Source: Planctomycetota bacterium (GTDB taxonomy: Bacteria; Planctomycetota; UBA8108; SXIK01). Taken from it: a DNA stretch of 64,000 bases. The stretch is from the NCBI GenBank assembly GCA_965223845.1, contig CBDCXR010000004.1, positions 416,001-480,000 on the forward strand, given 5' to 3'. Position 1 is the first letter of the stretch. Each line of letters begins with the position of its first letter. Positions 20,704 through 28,897 of the stretch are shown here, piece after piece. A model generated the notes under the pieces. The model was given only the letters and a program-made list of their open reading frames with translations, ran no database searches and had not been told where the DNA came from. The position numbers were made by a program, and so were the translations under genes.

Positions 20704-21708
20704 TCAATCGCCGACGCCTCCGGCCACTTCGAGGTGGTACGTGACGTCGACGGAGATTCCGTCCACCGGGCCGAAGAGAGAGTGCACGAACGGCTCGCCG
20801 ACGACTTTGTACTGCACGACGTGGTGACCGGCCGCGAGTGGTGCAAGGAGGAGATAAAAGCCGTCGGCGATCGCGGGCGTGCCGGTGCAGAACGGCGGAA
20901 CGCCCATCGAATCGAGGAGCTCGCTCGGCGGCAGGTGGTAGACTTCCGACTGGACCCGGTAGTCGAAGAGGTTTTCGAGCGGCGTTCCGTCGACCGTCAC
21001 CTCCAACTCGACGATGTGGTCGGGGAACTCGGCGGCGAAGCGGCGGAGATCTTCGACGCTCTCGAAGGGGAGTGGGCAGTGGAGAGAGATGTTGATCGGG
21101 GGAAAGAAGAGAGCGGTACCCGCGGGGACCGTGCAGCTGCGCTCGAAGGTTCCGCCCCCAGCGGGGGGGACCCCTCCGAGGAACCAGATGTTCCCCGATT
21201 GTCCCACGTCGCAGAATTCGCCCGTCTCGTCGAGACCGGGGTGCTCAGCCAACGGGGCCGTCCACATCCAAGTCCAGAAGTCGGCTGCGAGCTGCTCGTA
21301 GGACGTTCCGTAAGGTGACGCGTGCGTGGGGACGACGCGGGGGTTCGTGCCCGCGTTGCCTGCGAGTCCGTCGCCGCAGGACGACACGGGCGCGGGGCCG
21401 GAGCTAAAGAGCCAGTTGAAAAGACCGACGATATCGCTGACGTCGAGGCTGCCGTCACCGTTCGTGTCACCGTTGCGAACGGCGGGAGTTCTTCCGGAGC
21501 ACGTGGCGAGCGGTACGGGGCTCGGACCCCCCAGGAAGAGATTCGAAAGCGCGTAGATCCCGTCGCTCAGGTCCCTCGTCAGGTCACCGTTCGTGTCGCC
21601 GTTTTCTAGCGCGTATCCAACGACCTCGGTCGCCTCTAGATTCTCCGAGAAAACGCCTGAGACGAGCCAGGCGAGAGCGAACCCGCCGATTCTGAATGGT
21701 GCACGCAT
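20704..21708 (-). CDS. Secreted protein with N-terminal dockerin-like domain and a C-terminal domain of unknown function
   Basis: ATG 21708 with GGAAAGGA upstream; signal peptide; two Ca-loop repeats GDTNGDLTRDLSD and GDTNGDGSLDVSD; then PYGTSY..L...FWTW...IWFLGG...ADGFYLLLAPL..GHH domain. Confidence 0.75.
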   Translation of the reverse strand: MRAPFRIGGFALAWLVSGVFSENLEATEVVGYALENGDTNGDLTRDLSDGIYALSNLFLGGPSPVPLATCSGRTPAVRNGDTNGDGSLDVSDIVGLFNWLFSSGPAPVSSCGDGLAGNAGTNPRVVPTHASPYGTSYEQLAADFWTWMWTAPLAEHPGLDETGEFCDVGQSGNIWFLGGVPPAGGGTFERSCTVPAGTALFFPPINISLHCPLPFESVEDLRRFAAEFPDHIVELEVTVDGTPLENLFDYRVQSEVYHLPPSELLDSMGVPPFCTGTPAIADGFYLLLAPLAAGHHVVQYKVVGEPFVHSLFGPVDGISVDVTYHLEVAGGVGD

Positions 21709-21913
21709 CGTTCTGATCCTTTCCCCAAGGAATACTTGGTGTCGCGGAGCCCGGAACCACTCCGCGTCTCCACAAGAGGGAGGCGCAGTCTGCGGTCCCG
21801 AGAGCTCAAGAAAAGGATCGTGGTCGACGAGACGCCGAGGCTCGGCGAGCGGGCTGAACAGGTCCCGATCGACACCGGTCGGTCGCGGGAAACTCACCGA
21901 CTCGTCATTTGAA

Positions 21914-22089
21914 CCCGAATTATTCATGAGCCATCTACTACGAGCGCGTATGCATCCCGTCTGGACGGCGTTACCGAATCGGATTCGATCCTCAATGAGT
22001 GAAACACTCGCCTCCGGTCGAATCCGATTCGGTGCCTTGCCAGACGGGCGCCTCCGCGCTCTCGCTACGATGTTCATGAATAATCCGGG
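21914..22089. mobile_element. 176-bp MITE (non-autonomous), 16-bp TIRs, 6-bp target duplication TTTGAA
   Basis: CCCGAATTATTCATGA (21914-21929) vs TCATGAATAATCCGGG (22074-22089), 15/16 inverted match; TTTGAA directly flanks both ends (21908-21913, 22090-22095); interior largely self-complementary. Confidence 0.8.
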
Positions 22090-22367
22090 TTTGAATGACT
22101 CTCGACCTGGGGTTCGTGTTCCTCGCTACCGACTTCGCTCGAGATCCAGCGCGCCCGTCGGCAACTTCCGAAAATCCGGACCGAGATTCCGCGTCGCGGC
22201 GCGAACACGCGGGGAGCGTGGGCGATCGTCGGTCAACGGTGCGACGTTCCCAAGTACACTCCGGAACCTCGCGCCGGCTGCCGATGTAGTTTTCGGGTTC
22301 GTACGTACCGAGAGAATCCCCGTGCTGGCGCGGTGGGGCGACAGCATGGATCAGCGAGCCATCGAGC

Positions 22368-23315
22368 ATGAGCGAAGAGCAGCCCGTTCTGGATCCACCC
22401 GTGACGCCGACGACCGAAGCGCGCTCGTTCTCCCCGCGCGTCGTTCTTCGCGCGATGCGAGTCCATCAGTGGGTGAAGAACTTTCTCCTCTTCGTCCCGC
22501 TGCTCGCCTCGCACGGCTACGCCGAGCTCGCCAAGTGCGGCGCGGCCGCGCTCGGGTTCGTGATCTTTGGACTCTGCGCGTCTGCCGTTTATCTCGTCAA
22601 CGACCTCGTCGACGTGGAGTCCGATCGGCTCCATCCGGAGAAGCGCCATCGACCGATCGCGAGCGGCGCGATGTCGACGGGAGTCGCGAAGGCCCTCGCC
22701 GTTCTTCTCTTTGCGAGCGCCGGCGCGCTCAGTTACTTCTTTCTCCCGCTCGAGTTCGTCGCCTGGCTTGCGACGTACATCGTCTGCACGACCGCGTACT
22801 CGATCACCCTCAAGCGAAAACTCCTCGTCGACGTCCTCACGCTCTCCGCGCTCTACACGCTTCGCATCATGGCAGGGGCGGGCGCGATCGACGTCGAGGT
22901 GTCCCACTGGCTCCTCGCGTTCTCGATGTTCATTTTCACGAGCCTCGCCTTCGCGAAGCGCTACACGGAGACGATGGGGCACGATGCAGAGAGCACTGAG
23001 CGCATCCCCGGCCGCGGCTATTACGCGGGCGATGCGGAGATCATCCGCGTCGTCGGGCCGACGAGCGGGTTTCTCGCGGTCCTCGTCCTCGCTCTCTACA
23101 TCAGCAGCCCGGACGTCAGCCGTCTCTACGGTGAGCCGCGCGTTCTCTGGCTCGTGTGTCCCGTAATGATCTACTGGATCACGCGGCTCTGGTTCCTCGC
23201 GCACCGCGGGCAGCTACACCACGACCCGATCACCTTTGCCATGCGCGACACTCGCAGCTATCTTTGCGTGGTCGTGCTCGGCGTTGTTGTAGTCCTAGCC
23301 CGCTTCCTTTCGTGA
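22368..23315 (+). CDS. UbiA-family prenyltransferase, decaprenyl-phosphate phosphoribosyltransferase-like
   Basis: RVHQWVKN, YLVNDLVDVESDRLHPEKRHRPIASG, AFAKRYTE, HHDPITFA. Confidence 0.88.
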   Translation: MSEEQPVLDPPVTPTTEARSFSPRVVLRAMRVHQWVKNFLLFVPLLASHGYAELAKCGAAALGFVIFGLCASAVYLVNDLVDVESDRLHPEKRHRPIASGAMSTGVAKALAVLLFASAGALSYFFLPLEFVAWLATYIVCTTAYSITLKRKLLVDVLTLSALYTLRIMAGAGAIDVEVSHWLLAFSMFIFTSLAFAKRYTETMGHDAESTERIPGRGYYAGDAEIIRVVGPTSGFLAVLVLALYISSPDVSRLYGEPRVLWLVCPVMIYWITRLWFLAHRGQLHHDPITFAMRDTRSYLCVVVLGVVVVLARFLS

Positions 23316-23319
23316 CGAC

Positions 23320-24627
23320 GTGAACTCTCCAAGCTCCGCTTCCGCCGCTGATTCGACGCCGGAGGCATCCTCGCCTCTGGACTGCCGCACGTGGACGCGT
23401 CGCGTGATCCTCGTTCTCGCGATCGCCCTCGTCGCCCGCGTCGCCTGGGCCTCGCTCGTTCCCGTCGAGCCGGTTTCGGATAGCGCGGCGTACGACGTCT
23501 TCGCTCAGAATCTCGCGAACGCGAACACCTACGGTTGGGAAGAGGACAAGCCCGACGCGTATTGGCCCGTCGGCGCGCCATTCGTCTATTCGGTTCTCTA
23601 CCGCGTGTACGGTCACGTCTATTGGCCCATCGTCGTCTTCAACGTCGCGGTGGGACTCGCCACCGTGCTCGCCGTGATGTTTCTCAGCCGGCGGCTCTTC
23701 GGGAGCGATCAGCTCGCCCTGCTGGCGGGCCTCGCACTCGCGGTGTGGCCAACGCAGGTACAGTTCTCGACCGTTCTCGCGAGCGAGCTCCCGTTCGCGC
23801 TGATGGTCGTCATCGCGCTCGGATTGGTGCTCCGGCCCGAATGGTCGCCGCTCCGTCTCGTCGCGGCCGGTGTCGCACTCGCCGCGGCGTGCTACTTGAG
23901 GCCCGTCGCGATCCTCCTCCCCTTCGTTTTCGGGCTCTTCCTTTGGCGGCAGCACGGCTTCGTGCGTGCGATCGCAGGAGGCGCGATCGTTCTCGGCTGC
24001 ATGGCGCTTCTCGTCGCTCCGTGGACCGCGCGGAACTACCACGTCTTCGGACGCTTCATCCCGGTCTCCGCGAACTCGGGCTCAAATCTTTGGATGGGGA
24101 ACAACCCAGAGTCGAAGGGGACGTATCAGCCGCTCCCCCCCGAAGTGAAAGAGATGGACACCGGCACGCGCGACGACCACCTCAAGAAGAAGGCCGTCGA
24201 GTACATGCTGAGCCACCCCGGGCGAACGATCGCACTCGCGCTTCGAAAGCTCGCGATCACGCACTCGAGCGAGACGATCGGCGTCGTCTGGAACGTCGCC
24301 GCGCTGAATCGAGTGGTGGGCGAACGCGGCGTTTGGTGGCTCAAGCTCGTCTCCGCGGGGTTTTGGCTACTCATGCTCGGCTGCGGAGTGATCGGTGTTT
24401 TCGTGGTCTTGAGACGCGAGGGGCTGGCCGGAATCGTCCACCCCGCGGTGATCCTTTGGGCGTATTTCGCCGCCGTGCACGCCGTCATCGTCGCCCAAGA
24501 CCGCTATCACCTTCCGAGCGTTCCTTTCATCGCGATGTTGGCCGCCGTGGCGCTCGACGCCGTCGCGCGCGTCGCGAGTCGAAAGCGAGCCGAGCCGGCT
24601 CCGAGTGTCGTGACCAGTCACGGCTAG
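23320..24627 (+). CDS. GT-C fold (PMT_2/ArnT-like, GT39/83) glycosyltransferase
   Basis: Multi-TM; SDSAAYD loop after TM1, ASE, YLRP, PWTARNY..FGRFIPVS.NSG.NLWMGNNP, RYHLP. Confidence 0.8.
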   Translation: MNSPSSASAADSTPEASSPLDCRTWTRRVILVLAIALVARVAWASLVPVEPVSDSAAYDVFAQNLANANTYGWEEDKPDAYWPVGAPFVYSVLYRVYGHVYWPIVVFNVAVGLATVLAVMFLSRRLFGSDQLALLAGLALAVWPTQVQFSTVLASELPFALMVVIALGLVLRPEWSPLRLVAAGVALAAACYLRPVAILLPFVFGLFLWRQHGFVRAIAGGAIVLGCMALLVAPWTARNYHVFGRFIPVSANSGSNLWMGNNPESKGTYQPLPPEVKEMDTGTRDDHLKKKAVEYMLSHPGRTIALALRKLAITHSSETIGVVWNVAALNRVVGERGVWWLKLVSAGFWLLMLGCGVIGVFVVLRREGLAGIVHPAVILWAYFAAVHAVIVAQDRYHLPSVPFIAMLAAVALDAVARVASRKRAEPAPSVVTSHG

Positions 24628-24673
24628 GCGCTCCTTCCGCCTCGAAGTCCCTCTTTCCTTTCCTGGATCGAAC

Positions 24674-26470
24674 ATGAACGTCGCCACGCCAACGAAAACC
24701 GCCATGAAAACTCCAAGCAAGATTCGCTCTCTCCTCATCTGCGCAATCTGCGTCGCGTTCGGTGCCGCCGCTATGTTGGTCGTGCTGTACAAGCGACCCG
24801 GAAGCGCGCTCGTGAACAAGGTCCTCGTCATGAGTGGCATCCGTGAGGACATGGGGAGCCGGTTTCCGTACGGCTGGAACAAAATGCGCGATCCGAGCGA
24901 GTGGACGGGAGTCCAATCGCCTACGCATCCCGAGTGGAAGGTGCGGAAGGGCGTCGACGTCGTGCGCGTCGCGACGGGATTCACGTATCCCGTGAACGTC
25001 GTCCACAAGGAGAACGCCGGCGGCGCGCCGGGTGATCCCTACGTCTACGTGAACGAGCTCCACGGCGCGGTGAAGTACGTGACTCGGGACGGAACGGTCG
25101 GGACGTTCGCCGACGGACTCATCAACTTCGACCCGATCCCACTCGCGAAGAGCGACGAAGCGGGACTCAGCGGGCTCGCAACGATTCCCGGATCGAACGA
25201 CCTCATCGTGACGGGAGCCTACATGGACGAGGCGAGCGGCCTTCTCCAGAATCGCGTGCTCCGGCTCGTGAGCAGTCCCGACGGAAAAACGTCGGTCCGG
25301 ACGGATACCCTCCTCGATCTCAAGGAGTTCACGAGCCCGTCGAACCAGATTCAACAGGCGCTGATCGGCCCGGACGGAAAGCTGTGGGTGTCGGTCGGTG
25401 ACGCGGAGAACCCTCATCTCAGCATCGAGAAGACGAAATTCGCCGGAAAGCTCCTTCGACTCAATCTCGACGGCAGCGCCCCGAGCGACAACCCGTTCTA
25501 CGATTCGAATCAGCCGGACTCTCCGATCAGCTACGTCTACGCCTACGGACTTCGCAACTGCTTCGACATCGCCTTCCACCCGAAGTCGAAGGAGGTCTGG
25601 GTCGTCGACAACGGCAAGCACACCGATCGTCTCGCGCAGGTCGAGCGCGCCGGGGACTACGGCTGGACGGGCGAAGTCGGGAGCACCGCGGTGAACGCGA
25701 GCTTCGTTTGGACACCGACCGTCTCGCCCTGCGGAATGGCGTTCGTCGAGGATGCGGCCAAGCTCGGCTTCGGCTCACCGGATTCTCTCTTTGTCGCGCT
25801 CTACGGTCCGCCGGGTGCGGTCGGCGCGAATCACGCCAAGCGCATCGTCGAGTTTCGTTTCGATCCCGCGACGGGACTCGTGAAGGGCGTTCCGAAGCCC
25901 TTCGTTCAGTACGTCGGCGACGAGAAGACGACCGTCCTCGGGCTCGCAGTGGGCGATGATGGACTCTACTTCACCGATTTTTTCGGTGCCTCGATCGAGA
26001 TCGATGCGACCGGCGCCGGCTCGCTCTGGCGCGTCGTTCCGTCGGAGGCGACCGCGAAGCTGAAGGCGATGGAGGACGTCGTCCTCCAGCAGCTCTCCCC
26101 GCTCGACCGCGGGCAGGTCTACTTCACGCGGAACTGCGCGCCCTGCCATCGCCTCCAAGGTGAAGGCGGCGCCGAAGGCCCCGAGCTCACGCACTTCGCA
26201 CGGGAAGCAACGGGAAGGTTGAATTCGCCAGGCTACGCGGCGCTCCTCAAGAAGCTCTCCGAGTCGACCTCGGAGTTCGTCGTCGCGGAGGCTCCGCGCC
26301 GGGCAGAAGTCGAGCAAGCGACGGGAGAGGCGCGCGTCAAGATCTGGCTGAAGCACCACCTGATCGAGCCCCGCTTCGACAATCCGCGCGGGAAGATGCC
26401 CTCCTTCAGCACGCTCTCCGAAGGGGTGCGCGAGGAGATCATGCTCTACGTCCTGAGCGCAACGAAGTAG
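24674..26470 (+). CDS. Membrane-anchored PQQ-dependent glucose/sorbosone dehydrogenase-like protein fused to a c-type cytochrome
   Basis: N-terminal TM; GPDGKLWVSVGD, GKLLRLNLDGSAPSDNPF, YAYGLRN; heme motif CAPCH...GPELT and distal KMP. Confidence 0.85.
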   Translation: MNVATPTKTAMKTPSKIRSLLICAICVAFGAAAMLVVLYKRPGSALVNKVLVMSGIREDMGSRFPYGWNKMRDPSEWTGVQSPTHPEWKVRKGVDVVRVATGFTYPVNVVHKENAGGAPGDPYVYVNELHGAVKYVTRDGTVGTFADGLINFDPIPLAKSDEAGLSGLATIPGSNDLIVTGAYMDEASGLLQNRVLRLVSSPDGKTSVRTDTLLDLKEFTSPSNQIQQALIGPDGKLWVSVGDAENPHLSIEKTKFAGKLLRLNLDGSAPSDNPFYDSNQPDSPISYVYAYGLRNCFDIAFHPKSKEVWVVDNGKHTDRLAQVERAGDYGWTGEVGSTAVNASFVWTPTVSPCGMAFVEDAAKLGFGSPDSLFVALYGPPGAVGANHAKRIVEFRFDPATGLVKGVPKPFVQYVGDEKTTVLGLAVGDDGLYFTDFFGASIEIDATGAGSLWRVVPSEATAKLKAMEDVVLQQLSPLDRGQVYFTRNCAPCHRLQGEGGAEGPELTHFAREATGRLNSPGYAALLKKLSESTSEFVVAEAPRRAEVEQATGEARVKIWLKHHLIEPRFDNPRGKMPSFSTLSEGVREEIMLYVLSATK

Positions 26471-26590
26471 GTCGGCGTCGCCGTCCGAGCGCGAGCTCGA
26501 ACTCGAGCTCGAGGAGAAGCGGTTCCCGTTCGCGATGCTTCGCCGCGAGGAAGGAGCGTGTCGACTCGGACTCCGGTCGCCGATCGCCGG

Positions 26591-28696
26591 CTAAGCCCCG
26601 CACCCGAGCGCGTCCGCGGTCGGATCGAGCCCTCGCGCCGGGCTGGGCGGGGGGATCGATGGGGCGCCGGGTGAGAACAGCGCATTCAAAACGTAGAGCG
26701 CGTCGTTGATGCGGACGCCGCCGTCGTCGTCAGCGTCCGCGGCGTCGAGGCAGCGGACGTTGCCGCTCGCGAAGAGGTAGAGGAGGGTGGCGACCGCGTC
26801 GCTCACGTCGATGCTCCCGTCGCCGTTCGCGTCGCCCCGCGTGAACGTCGCGCTCGCGTCGAGTGCCGCGAGGAGGAAACGGTCCGCCGCGCCCTCGAAG
26901 AGGACTGATTCCGTTCCGTCGGGATCGATCTTTCGGTACTCGATCCGCTCGCCACCCGCGATCTCGATCGCGTAGACGATCGACCCGTCCGCGTTCGCGC
27001 CGAAGCCGCCGACGCTTGTTGCCTCCGCGAGGCGGGCAAGGAGGTGGAATCCCGTTTCGGCATCGAGTGCGACGATTCCGAGTGAGGCGACGAAAAGATA
27101 CGTCGCAGTGTCCGTCGCGCCGAGAATGGTCGGCGGGCTTCCAGAATTCGCCAGCACCTCGAGAGTTCCTCCCGCGACACCCACGAGGATCCACGCGCCG
27201 CTCTCCCTCTGAGCACAGAAGTACGCGGTATCGCCGCCCGGCGTCGCCACCGGCTCGACGGCGATGATCCCTCCGAGCTCGTCGCTCCACGCGCCGTCCG
27301 CGAGCGAGGCGACGACGACGCTCCGATCACCTTCGAATCCGGTCGCGTGAATGACGATGTCGCCGTCTGTCGTCGTCGCAGCCGAGTGGACGGCCAGGTT
27401 TCCCGTCACGAGGTAGGGCGGAAGGAGCGGGCTCCCCGTCCGCGTGAGGTTGAGCGTCTCGCCGCTCGCGACGTCGTGCAAGAAAACGTCGACGCTCTGA
27501 TCGTGGTGGCCGCCGCCGAAGAGCGCGAGCTCTCCGCGAAAAACGACGAAGCTCTCCATGTCGATGTAAGGATTGAAGCGGTCGTCCTTGGTGACTTGTA
27601 CTCGGCCGCTCGGGCCGGGTTCGTCGGTCGGGTGAACGAACGTCTCCGGCTCCCGCTCGATGTCGAGATGGTAGAGAACAGCGTCGCCGGAGTCCGACAC
27701 GGCGAGGCGCGGTTTGTCCGCGCGGTGCTCGAGGTACTCGTCCGGCGATCGCGTCACGTTCAGTGTCGCTTCGCCGTCGCGCGTGACGTACACGTTGAGC
27801 TCGTCCGATCCGACGCCCGCGATGAAGGTCACCGCGCCGGCGCTTCCGGCGAGACTCGTCAGCTTGTCGAACGGACCGGCGACACGCTCGGCGGTTGTCG
27901 AACCCCCGCGGCGCGTGAGCGGAGCGCGATAGACCGACGTCCCGCCTGGCTCGTCGACCGCGACGTACGCCGAGAGCGACGTGAGGAAGACGAAGTCGGC
28001 GTCGATCGACTCGACGCCGGCCGGAAGCTCGACCGTCGACACGCTCGGTGGCATCGCGCGGAGGTCGAACGTGACGAGCGACTCGCGATCTGCTCCGTCG
28101 GCCGAAGCTTCGAGGACGAGCGCGAGGTCGAGGCCATCGGAGCCGAGCACGGCGCCGCGCCGCCGAATCGCGTAGCGGTCATCGGAGCTGTGAAGGAGAA
28201 CGTCGACGCCGCGCGTGCTCACGAACGCGAGGCCGCTCGATCCCGGCCTGCCGTCCTCCTCGCTGAACGCTAGGAGTTGACCATGAGGCGTATGGAGTCG
28301 AGGAAGAGAGCCCGTCGCGTCCAGCGAGACGCGTGCCATCGATTCGACGATGACCGGACTCTCGCGAAGCGGTAGCGCAACCCAGCGCACACCGTCGAGT
28401 CTCGGCGAGGCCGGCTGTTCGACGCCGCCTGCTACCGTCGCGAGTCGGGCGCGACCGCCAGGATCGCGCGAGGCGACCACGACGACGTCGTCAGCTCTCG
28501 CTGACCGAATCGATGCGAGCGTAGCGAGCACGGCGAACACGAGGAGGACTGCGCCCGCCGCGTTCACGCAAAGTGCACTCGGCTGCTTTGTGCGCTGCCG
28601 ATTCGAAGTCTCGCGGTTTCGCTCTCTAAGCAAGGCTCTCGCCTCTCTGACCTCGGGGCCGAGTCTCAAGATCGTCCTCGGTTGGGATCGACACAA
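26591..28696 (-). CDS. Secreted beta-rich (propeller-like) protein with C-terminal dockerin-like domain
   Basis: TTG with GAGGAG SD (alternative GTG at 28567); signal-like AVLLVFAVLATLASIRSARA; TolB-like NVTR/NLTR repeats; C-terminal FTRGDANGDGSIDVSD...CLDAADADDDG...GLDPTADALGC. Confidence 0.72.
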   Translation of the reverse strand: MCRSQPRTILRLGPEVREARALLRERNRETSNRQRTKQPSALCVNAAGAVLLVFAVLATLASIRSARADDVVVVASRDPGGRARLATVAGGVEQPASPRLDGVRWVALPLRESPVIVESMARVSLDATGSLPRLHTPHGQLLAFSEEDGRPGSSGLAFVSTRGVDVLLHSSDDRYAIRRRGAVLGSDGLDLALVLEASADGADRESLVTFDLRAMPPSVSTVELPAGVESIDADFVFLTSLSAYVAVDEPGGTSVYRAPLTRRGGSTTAERVAGPFDKLTSLAGSAGAVTFIAGVGSDELNVYVTRDGEATLNVTRSPDEYLEHRADKPRLAVSDSGDAVLYHLDIEREPETFVHPTDEPGPSGRVQVTKDDRFNPYIDMESFVVFRGELALFGGGHHDQSVDVFLHDVASGETLNLTRTGSPLLPPYLVTGNLAVHSAATTTDGDIVIHATGFEGDRSVVVASLADGAWSDELGGIIAVEPVATPGGDTAYFCAQRESGAWILVGVAGGTLEVLANSGSPPTILGATDTATYLFVASLGIVALDAETGFHLLARLAEATSVGGFGANADGSIVYAIEIAGGERIEYRKIDPDGTESVLFEGAADRFLLAALDASATFTRGDANGDGSIDVSDAVATLLYLFASGNVRCLDAADADDDGGVRINDALYVLNALFSPGAPSIPPPSPARGLDPTADALGCGA

Positions 28697-28819
28697 GTCC
28701 GCTCTCCTCTCAATCTATCCGCCTCGATCTCTCTCCTCTCTCTCAATCGTCGTTCTTCGCGCTCCTTCGCGCTGTTCGTGACACCCTCGGCCTGAGCTGG
28801 TACGGCCCCGGTTCGGGCA

Positions 28820-28888
28820 CCGCTCTGCCCGCACTCGATCCGTCGGCACCTCGGACGAACGAAAACGAATCGAGCACGGACAGGGCGG
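28820..28888 (-). other. Intergenic RNA stem-loop (24 bp) between the two dockerin genes
   Basis: 28820-28843 pairs with 28865-28888 at 19/24; 4 of the 5 mismatches are G-U pairs on the minus (transcribed) strand. Confidence 0.6.
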
Positions 28889-28897
28889 CACTCGCGA

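Noticed and set aside
21904-22099. 6S RNA, integron attC or dif site
   Set aside because: No large central bubble, no RYYYAAC/GTTRRRY ends and no XerC/D consensus; TIRs plus a target duplication fit a MITE better.
8147-22100. Integrative element at tRNA-Ser(GGA)
   Set aside because: No integrase and no duplicated tRNA 3' end found by eye; accessory character is only suggestive.
21593-22367. 468-aa plus-strand ORF and the 123-aa N-terminal extension of the dockerin gene
   Set aside because: They run through the MITE and intergenic DNA; a better start with SD and signal peptide exists at 21708.
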